Source of the DNA: Nitriliruptorales bacterium
GTDB lineage: Bacteria; Actinomycetota; Nitriliruptoria; Euzebyales; Egibacteraceae
NCBI GenBank assembly: GCA_007119305.1
Contig: SKPY01000075.1
Span: 1 to 33,650 of the forward strand
Length of the DNA stretch: 33,650 nucleotides
Reading direction: 5' to 3'
Part shown: positions 1 to 9,198 of the stretch, piece by piece
Layout: every line of letters begins with the position of its first letter
How positions within the stretch are numbered: position 1 is the stretch's first letter
Notes under the pieces: model-generated
What the model saw: the letters and a program-made list of their open reading frames with translations, nothing else
Databases searched by the model: none
What the model was told of the DNA's origin: nothing
Position numbers and translations under genes: made by a program

Positions 1-612
1 CCCCGCGGCGTGCTCGGCATCCCGGGTTGGGGTGTCGATCTCAGCTCCCTCGACCGCTTCTACTATGTCGTCCTCGTCGTGACCATCGTGGGCGTCTATG
101 TCCTGTGGCGCCTGGTGCGCTCACCGCTAGGGCTCACGTTCCAGGGCATCCGCGACAACGAAACGCGCGTGGCCTACGCGGGCGTGGCGGTACGGCGGGT
201 CCGACTCGTGAGCTTCACGGTGTCGGCGCTGTACGCGGGGCTGGCGGGTTCGCTGTGGTCACCGCTCAACACCAACGCCGGTCCGGGCATGGCGCACTGG
301 ACGTTCTCCGCCGAGCCGGTGCTCGCTTCGCTGCTCGGTGGGGCGCACGTCTTCGGCGGGCCGCTCGTCGGGGCGTTCCTGCTGTTCTTCATCAAGCAGA
401 TGGTGGTCCAGTTCACGCAGTACTGGCTGCTGGTGCTCGGGGTCATCGTCGTCGTGCTGGTGCTGGCGTTCCGCGGCGGAGTCGCGAGCGTCGCGCTCGC
501 GCTCGGCCCTCGCATCCCCGGCGTGCGGCGCCTGCAAAGCCGCGATGCCCCGGGCGGGGCCCGGGTCGAAAACGCCGATCGGGTGTCGTCAACGGGGGGC
601 TCCGATGGGTGA
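1..612 (+). CDS. livM: Branched-chain amino acid ABC transporter permease, C-terminal part (5' end lies outside the window)
   Basis: The reading frame is open to the window edge. The translation is hydrophobic and multi-TM, with a LivM/LivH-like core (GIRDNETRVAYAGV...FTVSALYAGLAGSL...GGPLVGAFLLFF). Its stop overlaps the ATG of the next ATPase gene by 8 nt. Confidence 0.8.
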   Translation, partial: PRGVLGIPGWGVDLSSLDRFYYVVLVVTIVGVYVLWRLVRSPLGLTFQGIRDNETRVAYAGVAVRRVRLVSFTVSALYAGLAGSLWSPLNTNAGPGMAHWTFSAEPVLASLLGGAHVFGGPLVGAFLLFFIKQMVVQFTQYWLLVLGVIVVVLVLAFRGGVASVALALGPRIPGVRRLQSRDAPGGARVENADRVSSTGGSDG

Positions 613-1363
613 CCTTCTCGTCGCCCGAGGAGTGACCAAGCGCTTCGGCGCCTTCTGGGCGGTCAAACGCGTGGACCTCACCCTCCCCGCCGGACGTCTC
701 ACCTCGGTGATCGGCCCGAACGGCGCCGGGAAGACCACGCTCATCAACCTTCTGAGCGGGCTCGTCAAGGCCGACGAAGGCAGCGTGGAGTTCCGCGGCC
801 GGGACATCACGACCCTGCCGATCCATGAACGCGTGCGGCGTGGGATCAGCCGTTCGTTTCAGATCACCAGCGTGTTCCCGCGGCTGTCGGTGCACGACAA
901 CGTGCTCATGCCCGTGCTCGCCCGACTGGGCGAGTCCACGCACCCCGTACGGCGGGTCAGGGCCGATGCACCCGCTGCGCTCGAGGCCACCGGGCTGCTG
1001 GAACGGGTTGGCCTGCGCCCCCAGGCACGGCAAGTAGCGGGCGCGCTGTCGCACGGTGACCGCAGGCTGCTGGAGATCGCCATGGCCCTCGCCCCGCAAC
1101 CGGCGCTGTGCTTCCTCGACGAACCATGCACGGGCATGAACCCGTCCGAGCGGCAGCAGATCCTCGCGCTCATCAAGCGCTTGGCCGAGGGCGGCGCGAC
1201 GACGTTCGTGGTCGTCGAGCACGACATGGACGTGGTCTTTGCCATCTCCGAGTGGATCGTCGTGATGAACCGCGGAGAGGTTCTGGTCCAGGGCCCGCCC
1301 GAGGACGTCCGCGACGACCCGGCCGTGCGTGAGGTCTACCTCGGCGAGGAGGTGGCGGAATGA
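605..1363 (+). CDS. livG: Branched-chain amino acid ABC transporter ATP-binding protein (LivG type)
   Basis: The ATG is codon 90 of ORF 338..1363. It has Walker A GPNGAGKTT, an ABC signature LSHGDRRLLEIAMAL, Walker B LCFLDEP and a LivG-type tail DPAVREVYLGEE. It overlaps both the upstream and downstream genes. Confidence 0.9.
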   Translation: MGDLLVARGVTKRFGAFWAVKRVDLTLPAGRLTSVIGPNGAGKTTLINLLSGLVKADEGSVEFRGRDITTLPIHERVRRGISRSFQITSVFPRLSVHDNVLMPVLARLGESTHPVRRVRADAPAALEATGLLERVGLRPQARQVAGALSHGDRRLLEIAMALAPQPALCFLDEPCTGMNPSERQQILALIKRLAEGGATTFVVVEHDMDVVFAISEWIVVMNRGEVLVQGPPEDVRDDPAVREVYLGEEVAE

Positions 1364-2061
1364 TGTTGAACCTCGAGGACGTCGAGTCCGCGTACGGCGA
1401 GAGCCTCGTGCTGCAGCGCGTGAGCCTGTCGGTCGAGGCAGGCGAGGTGGTGGCACTGCTCGGACGCAACGGGGCGGGCAAGACCACGACGCTGCGCAGC
1501 ATCATGGGGCTGCTGCGTCCGCGTTCCGGAAGCATCACCTTCGACGGCACCGACCTGGTCGGCATGCCCGCACACCGGATTGCCCGGCAGGGGTTGAGCT
1601 ATGTCCCCGACGACCGGCGCATCTTCGCCGAGCTGACCGTGGAGGAGAACCTGGAGCTGGCCCGCCGTGCGGCCAGGCGCGAGGGCGAGTGGGACCTGAA
1701 CCGGGTCTACAAGCTGTTCCCAGTCCTCAAGGACTACATCCGCCGAGGCGGCATGCAGCTGAGCGGCGGAGAGCAGAAGATGCTAGCCACCGGCCGCGCG
1801 CTGATCCAAAACCCGCGGATGCTCCTGCTCGACGAGGCCTCGGAGGGGCTCGCGCCGAAGATCGTGCAGCAGTTCGTCGAGGTGGTGCGTGAGATCAGCG
1901 CGACCGGCATCACCGTGCTGCTCGCGGACCAGAACCTCAAGTTCGCCCGGCGCGTCGCGGATCGCGGCTACATCATGGACAAAGGCGTCATCGAGCACAG
2001 CGACGACATCGAGGCGATCTGGGCGGACGAGCAGATCGTGCGACGGTACCTGTCGGTGTGA
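1360..2061 (+). CDS. livF: Branched-chain amino acid ABC transporter ATP-binding protein (LivF type)
   Basis: It has Walker A GRNGAGKTT, signature LSGGEQKMLATGRAL and Walker B LLLDEASEGLAP. An ATGA start/stop overlap links it to livG. Confidence 0.9.
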   Translation: MMLNLEDVESAYGESLVLQRVSLSVEAGEVVALLGRNGAGKTTTLRSIMGLLRPRSGSITFDGTDLVGMPAHRIARQGLSYVPDDRRIFAELTVEENLELARRAARREGEWDLNRVYKLFPVLKDYIRRGGMQLSGGEQKMLATGRALIQNPRMLLLDEASEGLAPKIVQQFVEVVREISATGITVLLADQNLKFARRVADRGYIMDKGVIEHSDDIEAIWADEQIVRRYLSV

Positions 2062-2087
2062 TCCGAGGGCCACATGCCCCCGGGTGA

Positions 2088-3146
2088 TCAGCGGCGGGGG
2101 CCCACCACGTCGAAGACACCCGGGCACGGGGTCGCGCACGACGGGCAGCGGCCGTCCGCGGTCAGGTGGTAGCCAGTGAGCACGTACCCGGCACGCACGA
2201 TCAGCGCAGCGCCGCAGGCGTGGCAGCTGGTCGTCGCGCCGGCCGGATCAGGCAGGTTGCCCGTGTAGGCGTGACGGATCCCGTTGCGGCGCGCGATGGC
2301 CCGGGCGCGCCGGAGCGTCTCGGACGTGGTCGGAGGCACGGCGCGCATGCGGAAGTCCGGGTGGAAGGCGGTGAAGTGCATGGGTACGTCGGGCCCGAGG
2401 TGCTCGACCACCCAGGCGGTCATGCGGTCGAGCTCGTCGTCGGAGTCGTTGTGGCCGGGGATGACGAGGTTGGTGATCTCGAGCCAGACGCCGGTGCCCG
2501 CGAGGTAGCGCAGCGTGTCGAGCACCGGCTCCAGACGGCCGGCGCAGACCCGCCGGTAGAAGGCGTCGCTGAAGGCCTTGAGGTCGACGTTCGCCGCGTC
2601 CATGTGCGCGTAGAACTCCGCGCGCGGGGCTGGGTTCACGTACCCGGCGGTCACCGCCACCGTGCGGATATCGCGGGCACGGCAGGCTTGCGCGACCGCG
2701 ATCGCGTACTCGTGGAAGACCACCGGGTCGTTGTAGGTGAAGGCCACGCTGGGGCAGCCCAGCCGTGCGGCGGTGGACGCGATGTCCGCCGGGGTTGCCT
2801 CCACCGCGAGGATGGCCGTCGCGCGGGCCTTGCTGAGCTCCCAGTTCTGGCAGAACCGGCAGGCGAGGTTGCAGCCGGCGGTGCCGAACGACAGCGTCGT
2901 GGTGCCCGGCAGGAAGTGGTGCAGGGGCTTCTTCTCGATCGGGTCCACGCAGAAACCGCTCGACCGCCCGTACGTCGTCAGCACGATCGAGCCGTTGACG
3001 CAGGCGCGCACGAAGCACAGGCCACGCTGCCCCTCGTGGAGCTTGCACGCCCGGGGGCAGAGGTCGCACTGCACGCGACCGTCGTCGAGGCGGTGCCAGT
3101 GCCGTGTGGGCTGGCTGCCGGCCGCGTCGAGACCAACCGATGGCAT
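2088..3146 (-). CDS. amrS: AmmeMemoRadiSam-system-type radical SAM enzyme (pyruvate formate-lyase activase-like)
   Basis: This is the 352-aa C-terminal part of ORF 2088..4163, starting at MPSVGL. Motifs: N-terminal Cys motif CDLCPRAC...CFVR, DPIEKKPLHHFLPG, radical SAM CxxxCxxC as GCNLACRFCQNWELS, TYNDPVVFHEYA, NVDLKAFSDAFY, WLEITNLVIPGHNDS and a C-terminal Cys knuckle SCHACG...DGRCPSCATPCPG. A GAAGGGGA Shine-Dalgarno-like motif lies just upstream of the ATG. Confidence 0.85.
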   Translation of the reverse strand: MPSVGLDAAGSQPTRHWHRLDDGRVQCDLCPRACKLHEGQRGLCFVRACVNGSIVLTTYGRSSGFCVDPIEKKPLHHFLPGTTTLSFGTAGCNLACRFCQNWELSKARATAILAVEATPADIASTAARLGCPSVAFTYNDPVVFHEYAIAVAQACRARDIRTVAVTAGYVNPAPRAEFYAHMDAANVDLKAFSDAFYRRVCAGRLEPVLDTLRYLAGTGVWLEITNLVIPGHNDSDDELDRMTAWVVEHLGPDVPMHFTAFHPDFRMRAVPPTTSETLRRARAIARRNGIRHAYTGNLPDPAGATTSCHACGAALIVRAGYVLTGYHLTADGRCPSCATPCPGVFDVVGPRR

Positions 3147-3178
3147 GTCGTCCCCTTCGGCGGCGCGGGAGTGGGTCG

Positions 3179-4072
3179 TCAACCCTTCATCGCGCCGGCC
3201 ATGAGCCCCCGCACGAAGTAGCGGCCGAGCAGCACGTACACGGCGAGCGTGGGCAGCGCTGCGAGCAGGGCGCCCGACATCTGCACGTTCCACTCGACGA
3301 TCTGGCTGCCCGCGAGGTTGTTCAGCGCGACGGTCACCGGCCAGGAGGCCGGGCGCGTGAGCACGATCGCGAACAGGAACTCGTTCCAGATGTTGGTGAA
3401 CTGCCAGATGAGCACCACCGCGAACGCCGGGGGGCTCAGCGGAAGCATGATGTGGCGGTAGATCCGGAACATGTCCGCCCCGTCGATCCGCGACGCTTCG
3501 ACCAGCTCCGTGGGCACGCTGGCGTAGTAGTTGCGGAAGATCAGCGTCGTGATGGGGATGCCGTAGACGATGTGCACGAGGATCAGGCCGGGGATGCCAC
3601 CGTAGAGGTTGATGGTCTGCATGAACTGGACGAGGGGGATCAGGATGCTCTGGTAGGGGATGAACATCCCGAACAGCAGCAACGTGAAGAGGGTCTGCGA
3701 GCCACGGAAGCGCCACTTCGACAGGACGTAGCCGTTGAACGAGCCCAGCACCGCCGAGCCGACCGCGGCCGGAACCGTGAGGGCCAGGCTGTTTAACAGG
3801 TTCGGTCGCAGCGCCCGGAACGCGGCCGCGAAGTTGTCGAAGTAGATCCCGGTCGGCAGCCTCCACATCGTCGCGAGGCTGACTTCCTCGAACGACTTCA
3901 GCCCTGTGATCAGCATGACGTAGATCGGCAGCAGGAAGAACACCGCCATGAGGCTGAGCAGGGCCACCCCGGCCCAGCGCAGGAGGCGGGCCCGCCGCCG
4001 CCGGGGCGCGACGGGCGTCACCCGCACGGCAGGCGGGGGAGCCGGCCGGGCTGCGGTGGCGGGAGCGCTCAC
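3179..4072 (-). CDS. Carbohydrate ABC transporter permease (MalG/CUT1 type)
   Basis: 297 aa starting from a GTG that overlaps the upstream permease stop (GTGA). It has six predicted TM stretches and the EAA loop EASRIDGADMFRIYRHIMLPLSPPA. The longer ORF 3179..5044 is an artefactual upstream extension. Confidence 0.85.
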   Translation of the reverse strand: MSAPATAARPAPPPAVRVTPVAPRRRRARLLRWAGVALLSLMAVFFLLPIYVMLITGLKSFEEVSLATMWRLPTGIYFDNFAAAFRALRPNLLNSLALTVPAAVGSAVLGSFNGYVLSKWRFRGSQTLFTLLLFGMFIPYQSILIPLVQFMQTINLYGGIPGLILVHIVYGIPITTLIFRNYYASVPTELVEASRIDGADMFRIYRHIMLPLSPPAFAVVLIWQFTNIWNEFLFAIVLTRPASWPVTVALNNLAGSQIVEWNVQMSGALLAALPTLAVYVLLGRYFVRGLMAGAMKG

Positions 4073-4956
4073 AGCTCCGCCTCCTGCCGGCGTGCGTACC
4101 ACAGGTAGGGCACGACCAGCACTGCGACCGACAGGAGCAGCAGGATCCCGATCGCCGCACCACGGTTGAAGTTGTTCGCGTCGAAGGTGGTGGTCCACAT
4201 GTAGATGGCGGGGACGTCGAGCGCCAGCTGCCGCCCGCTGAGGGCGATGATGAGGTCGAAGATCTTGAGCGAGATGTGGCCGAGGATGATCACGACGGAC
4301 AGCGCGGCGGGGCGGAGCAGCGGCAGGATCACCCGGCGGTAGACCTGCAGCTCCGACGCCCCGTCGACCCGAGCGGCTTCGCGCAGCTCCTCGGGGATGG
4401 AGCGCATCCCGGCGAGGAAGATCGCCATCGCGAAGCCCGACATCTGCCACAGCGCGGGGATGGCCACGAAGGCCATGCCCCACGGGGGGCTCGTCATGTG
4501 CCACTGATTGATGAGGAAGTCGAGCCCGAGCCGTTCGAACAGCAGGTTCAGCCCGCTGACGCGGACGCCGAGCGCGGGGTTCATCAACCACCGCCACGCC
4601 ACCCCGGTGACGATGAACGACACCGCCATGGGGAACAGGAACACGTTGCGGAAGAACGTCTCGGCGGGGAGCTTGCGGTCCAGCATGATCGCCAGCAGCA
4701 GCCCTAGCGTCGTCGCGCCGCCGAGGAAGGCCACCGAGAAGACCGCCGTGTTGCGGATGTCGACTCGGAAGCGCCGGTCGTTGAACAGCAGGTGCGCGAA
4801 GTTGTCGAGGCCGGTGAAGTTGTAGCTCGGGATCAGCCCCTGCCAGTCGCTCATCGACACCCGCAGCGACCAGGCGATGAACCCGTACACGAAGATGCCG
4901 ATGAGGATCGCAGACGGGGCGACCATCGCTGCAGCCGTCAGGCGATCGCGCGTCAA
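4069..4956 (-). CDS. Carbohydrate ABC transporter permease (MalF/CUT1 type)
   Basis: 295-aa multi-TM protein with the EAA loop EAARVDGASELQVYRRVILPLLRPA. It is translationally coupled to the downstream permease. Confidence 0.85.
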   Translation of the reverse strand: MTRDRLTAAAMVAPSAILIGIFVYGFIAWSLRVSMSDWQGLIPSYNFTGLDNFAHLLFNDRRFRVDIRNTAVFSVAFLGGATTLGLLLAIMLDRKLPAETFFRNVFLFPMAVSFIVTGVAWRWLMNPALGVRVSGLNLLFERLGLDFLINQWHMTSPPWGMAFVAIPALWQMSGFAMAIFLAGMRSIPEELREAARVDGASELQVYRRVILPLLRPAALSVVIILGHISLKIFDLIIALSGRQLALDVPAIYMWTTTFDANNFNRGAAIGILLLLSVAVLVVPYLWYARRQEAEL

Positions 4957-5059
4957 CGGACTTCGTCCTCGGAGCAGAGCCGCGGGTGGTGCCAGCTACG
5001 GTCGTCGGGAGTCGACAGCTGGCGGCCGTGACGGCCGCCAGCATGCCGAGCTGATGTCG

Positions 5060-6400
5060 CTACTCGCAGGGACCGGCCGCCTCGCAGGCGTTGACCAGCT
5101 CGTCCTGGAGCGTGTCCCCATCACGGTCGGCCAGGAACAGCCCAAGCGCGGTGTCGATCTCCGCCTTGAACGCGTCCGAGGCGACCGTGCCGTGCGCGAG
5201 GCTGCCGGCCAGCTCGTCCGACTCCCAGTCGTCCATCGCAGACAGCAGGTAGTCGTCGTAGAGGCTGCGGTCCCCGTCCATGCGGGCCGGGATCGAGCCC
5301 TTGATCGGGTTGAAGGCGTCCTGGCCTTCCCGCGAGCCGGCGACCCGCAGCCAGGCGATCGCGCCTTCACGGTTGTGCGCGTTGACAGGCAGCGCGAACG
5401 AGTCCGACAGCCACTGGAAGACCCCGTCGGTGCCCGGCACCGGAGCCCAGCCGTAGCCGCCTGCGCTCGGCTCGAGCCCTTGCGCGCCGAAGTACCCGGC
5501 CGCCCAGTCGCCCATGATGTTGAAGGCCGCCTCCCCGTCGATCACCAGCTGTGTGGCCTGGTCCCACGACAGGGTCGGGGCATCGGGGTTCGTGTAGTCG
5601 AGGACCCGGTCCAAGACCTCGATCGCCTCGGCGACCTCGGGGCCGCCCCAGTCGGTCGAGCCGTCCCAGAGCCCGTCATAGGTGCTCACGTCCATCGTGC
5701 CGAGCAGCACGGTCTCGAACAGGTGCATCAGCGTCCACTGCTCGCCGAGCGCGAGCGGGATCACGCCCTGCGCCTCGAGCTCGTCGGCCACCGTGAAGAA
5801 CTCGTCCCAGGTGGTCGGGACGTCGACGCCGAACTCGTCGAGCTGCTCGGGCAGGTACCACAGGATGTTCGCGCGGTGGATGTTGACCGGCACCGAGTAG
5901 ATGTTCCCCTCGTGCGAGATCTGCGGGATGATCGCGTCCGGGAAGACCTCCAGCCAGCCCTCCTCTTCGAACAGGAAGTTGAGCGGCTCGAGCTGCCCGG
6001 CCACCACGTAGGTCCCGATGAGCTCCTGGCCGGCGTGGCCCTGCCACGACGACGGCGGATCCTCCGCCGCCAGCCGCGAGGCCAGCACGGCACGCGCAGC
6101 CGTCCCGGCACCGCCGGCGACTGCCGCGTTCACGAAGGTGTACTCCGGGTAGCGGTCTGCGAACACCTCGACCATGGCCTCCAGGCCCTCGGCCTCGCCC
6201 CCGGCGGTCCACCACGTGAACACCTCGACGGCCTCCTCCTCGGCGGGCGCCTCGAAGACGTCGTACTCGGCCGCTTCAGGGTCATCGAGCGCAGGTGCGT
6301 CCTCGGGCGGCTCGACGGGTTCGATCTCGTCGGGCTGGCCGCAGGCGCCTGCCAGCAGCAGAAGGCTGACCGCTACGGCCAGCATGCGCAGTGTTTTCAT
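5060..6400 (-). CDS. ABC transporter extracellular sugar-binding lipoprotein (family 1 solute-binding protein)
   Basis: The ATG is codon 43 of ORF 5060..6526 and is preceded by GGAGG. It has a signal peptide plus lipobox MKTLRMLAVAVSLLLLAGAC, followed by an acidic linker and then an SBP_bac_1-like body (VFTWWTAGGEAEGL...NILWY...GDWAAGYF). Confidence 0.85.
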   Translation of the reverse strand: MKTLRMLAVAVSLLLLAGACGQPDEIEPVEPPEDAPALDDPEAAEYDVFEAPAEEEAVEVFTWWTAGGEAEGLEAMVEVFADRYPEYTFVNAAVAGGAGTAARAVLASRLAAEDPPSSWQGHAGQELIGTYVVAGQLEPLNFLFEEEGWLEVFPDAIIPQISHEGNIYSVPVNIHRANILWYLPEQLDEFGVDVPTTWDEFFTVADELEAQGVIPLALGEQWTLMHLFETVLLGTMDVSTYDGLWDGSTDWGGPEVAEAIEVLDRVLDYTNPDAPTLSWDQATQLVIDGEAAFNIMGDWAAGYFGAQGLEPSAGGYGWAPVPGTDGVFQWLSDSFALPVNAHNREGAIAWLRVAGSREGQDAFNPIKGSIPARMDGDRSLYDDYLLSAMDDWESDELAGSLAHGTVASDAFKAEIDTALGLFLADRDGDTLQDELVNACEAAGPCE

Positions 6401-6579
6401 GTGTGCCTCCGAACTCTTCCCGGGGCACCGGCGGCCCCCGGGGCACGCCAACCAACCGACGTCACGACCGCTTGCGCGGAAGGAGGACGCCACCTTGAGC
6501 ATCCGCCTCGGCTGCCCTGCGGCCAAGGGCCGATCGGCTGCGCGTGCAGGGACCTACGGCGCTGATAGTTGCCGTGGGG

Positions 6580-8115
6580 TCACACCGCGTCGAGCAGCGC
6601 GAGCGCGACCACGCCGACGACGGCGACCGCGGCGACGGGGAGCATCGTCTTCAGGGCGCGGCGCAGGATCTCGCCCTCTGCGCCGGACGCGCCGACGGCC
6701 GCGGCGGCGATGACCGCGTTGATCGGGGTGAGGGCGTTGCCGATGTTGCCGCCTACGGTCTGCGCGACGAGCAGTGTCGTCGGCGCCAGGCCGAGCTGGG
6801 CGGCGGCGTCGGCCTGCAAAGGCGCGAGCAGCGCGTTCGACGCGGTCGTCGAGCCGGTCAGGACCGTGCCGCCAGCCCCGACGATGACGGCGAGGGGGAC
6901 AAAAGCCAGGCCCAGCGCCGCGGTGAGCGCCTGGGCCATCGCGGCCAGCATCCCCGCGTCCACCATCACCCCTGCCAGGGTGGTGAGGCCCAGCAGCGAG
7001 ACGATCGTTGACCGGGAGCGGCGCGCCCAGGGCGCGACGAAGGCACGCGTCCAGCGGTCCTGGGGCCACCAGCCCAGACGGCGGTACACGAGCGCGCCGA
7101 CCGCTGCGGCAACGAGCAGGTAGGGCCCCGGGTGCAGCAGCGGACGCAGCGGCTGGTGCGCCGCGACCGCCGCGTTGACGTGGCCGAATGCGGCGATCGT
7201 CTCGGGGAACGAGGGGGCGAGCGCCGGCACCTGCTCGGCGAGCTCACGCACCTGCGGCACTCCGAAGACGGCGACCACGAGACCGGTCAGCAGCAGGTAG
7301 GGGCTCGACGCGAGCAGCAAGGGGCGGGCCTGCGGGCGCTCCCCGGCCCTGGGGAACAGGAGCCAGGCGGCGAGGAGGCCCGCCAGGCCGGCTGCCGTCG
7401 AGCCCAGCGCAGGTTGCACCGCGGCGACGCCCACGAGGGTCGTGCCCATCACCACCGCAACACCCGCAGCGCGCGGCCCATCACGGCGCAGCCCTCGGGC
7501 CTGGCGCAGCAGGACGGCAGCCGTCGCCGCTGCTCCGACGGCGAGCAGGATGGCCGCCTGGACGGCGAACCGGCCGGCCTCGTCCGCGGGGAGGTTCGCG
7601 GTCCCGACGGCAACGAAGAACGACGACCCCATCGAACCGAACGTCACCGACCAGTGGTAGCCCACGAGGCATGCCGCGACCGCCGCGGCCGGGGCCATGC
7701 CGGTGCGGACGAGCATGGGGGCCGCGACGACGACGGGGACGCCGAAGCCCGCAGCGCCCTGCAGGAACGAAGGGAACGCCCAGCCGATGAGCAGCAGCCG
7801 GCGACCCGGCGTCGGCGCGACGTCGCCCAGCGCGTCGCTGAGGCGATCCAGCCCGCCGGTGCTGTCAGCCACCTGGAACAGCAGGAGCGCGGGCACGACC
7901 AGCAGCAGGATCCACACGCCGGTCCAGGCGCCCTTCGCGGCGCCCGCGAGCAAGCCCGCAGGCGACAGCCCGAACGCGGCCACGGCGAGCGCCGACGCGC
8001 CAGCCGTGACGATCCAGGCGGCCGTGCCGAGCGATAGCTCGGTGCGGAACACGGCGAGGGCGAGGGCGAGGAGCGGGAGCGCGGCGAGGAGAGCGGCGTA
8101 GACGGGGACGTACAC
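6580..8115 (-). CDS. L-lactate/glycolate permease family (LctP) transporter
   Basis: 511 aa starting from the GTG at codon 74 of ORF 6580..8334. It closely resembles LldP-type motifs (FPSFLQGAAGFGVPVVVAAPMLV; LTGSTTASNALLAPLQADAAAQLGL...VGGNIGNALTPINAVIAAAAVG). The start codon choice is tentative. Confidence 0.8.
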   Translation of the reverse strand: MYVPVYAALLAALPLLALALAVFRTELSLGTAAWIVTAGASALAVAAFGLSPAGLLAGAAKGAWTGVWILLLVVPALLLFQVADSTGGLDRLSDALGDVAPTPGRRLLLIGWAFPSFLQGAAGFGVPVVVAAPMLVRTGMAPAAAVAACLVGYHWSVTFGSMGSSFFVAVGTANLPADEAGRFAVQAAILLAVGAAATAAVLLRQARGLRRDGPRAAGVAVVMGTTLVGVAAVQPALGSTAAGLAGLLAAWLLFPRAGERPQARPLLLASSPYLLLTGLVVAVFGVPQVRELAEQVPALAPSFPETIAAFGHVNAAVAAHQPLRPLLHPGPYLLVAAAVGALVYRRLGWWPQDRWTRAFVAPWARRSRSTIVSLLGLTTLAGVMVDAGMLAAMAQALTAALGLAFVPLAVIVGAGGTVLTGSTTASNALLAPLQADAAAQLGLAPTTLLVAQTVGGNIGNALTPINAVIAAAAVGASGAEGEILRRALKTMLPVAAVAVVGVVALALLDAV

Positions 8116-8216
8116 GATCCCGCAGGCTAACCCCGGACGGCAGCGCGGCTCCAGCACCGCACGCCGTCGTCGGTAGACTGCCGGGCGTTCACGTCCGACG
8201 ACCCGAGGAGCGCACC

Positions 8217-8996
8217 GTGGGCGAGCACGTGACCGTGACCACCGACGAGCACGGCGTGGCGACGCTGCGCCTCGACCGTCCGCCCGTGAACGCGTTGAAC
8301 CCGCAGGTCTGGACCGAGCTCGGCGAGGCCGCACGCGAGCTCACGGACGACGACGACGTCGCGGCCGTGGTCATCTGGGGCGGCGAGAAGGTCTTCGCCG
8401 CGGGGGCGGACATCAAGGCGATGAACGAGATGACCTTCCAGGAGTTCTTCGCCCACGGAGGGACGCTGCAGGAGGCGTTCAAGGCGCTCGCGCGCATCCC
8501 GAAGGTCACGATCGCCGCGATCAACGGCTACGCGCTCGGCGGCGGCAACGAGCTCGCGCTCACGGCCGACTTCCGCTATGCCGCGGAGAACGCCAGGCTC
8601 GGGCAGCCCGAGATCAAGCTCGGCATCATCCCCGGCGCCGGCGGCACCCAGCGGCTCGCCCGTCTCGTCGGGCTGGCGAAGGCCAAGGAGATCGTCTACG
8701 GGGGGGAGATGTACTCGGCGGACCAGTGCCGCGACATGGGGCTGGTCGACAAGGTGCTGCCGCCCGGTGAGGTCTACGAGGTGGCGGTCGAGACCGCCCG
8801 GCGCTACGCGCAGGGTCCCTACGCGCTGCGCATGGCGAAGAAGGCGATCGACGAGGGCGCCGAGATGGACCTCGACGCGGCCCTGCGCCTCGAGACGACG
8901 CTGTTCACCGCGACCTTCGCCACCGAGGACCGCAAGATCGGCATGGCCTCCTTCCTCGAGCACGGACCGGGCAAGGCGCAGTTCACCCGCAACTGA
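8217..8996 (+). CDS. Enoyl-CoA hydratase/isomerase (crotonase family)
   Basis: 259 aa with crotonase hallmarks: [52 protein letters not shown]. Confidence 0.9.
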   Translation: MGEHVTVTTDEHGVATLRLDRPPVNALNPQVWTELGEAARELTDDDDVAAVVIWGGEKVFAAGADIKAMNEMTFQEFFAHGGTLQEAFKALARIPKVTIAAINGYALGGGNELALTADFRYAAENARLGQPEIKLGIIPGAGGTQRLARLVGLAKAKEIVYGGEMYSADQCRDMGLVDKVLPPGEVYEVAVETARRYAQGPYALRMAKKAIDEGAEMDLDAALRLETTLFTATFATEDRKIGMASFLEHGPGKAQFTRN

Positions 8997-9069
8997 GGGC
9001 GTGGGCGAGGGGGACGGCACGCGTGCGCGAGGTGCGAACACCTGCAAGCGGGCGGGCGTGGGTCCGGAT

Positions 9070-9103
9070 TTGACCACGCAAGTTACCGGTGAGTAACTAG
9101 AGT
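9070..9103 (+). promoter_or_regulatory. Candidate promoter/operator upstream of etfBA: perfect inverted repeat AGTTAC-N6-GTAACT in a locally AT-richer patch
   Basis: The sequence reads TTGACCacgcaAGTTACcggtgaGTAACTAGAGT and lies about 100 nt upstream of the etfB GTG. TTGACC and TAGAGT are promoter-like hexamers, but their spacing (about 22 nt) is longer than canonical. Confidence 0.3.
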
Positions 9104-9198
9104 TGGATGTGCGTGCAGCCGCAAGCACGCCGTACGCTGCTCTGCTGAGGTCGCATGCCGCTGCAGGGCGGCACTGAAGCCACCTGGAGGAGCGAGCC

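Noticed and set aside
3147-5044. N-terminal extensions that would make the radical SAM protein 691 aa (2088..4163) and the MalG-type permease 621 aa (3179..5044).
   Set aside because: The extended parts are out-of-frame readings of the upstream permease genes and are Arg/Pro-rich. Family-typical N-termini, SD motifs and a GTGA overlap support the shorter internal starts.
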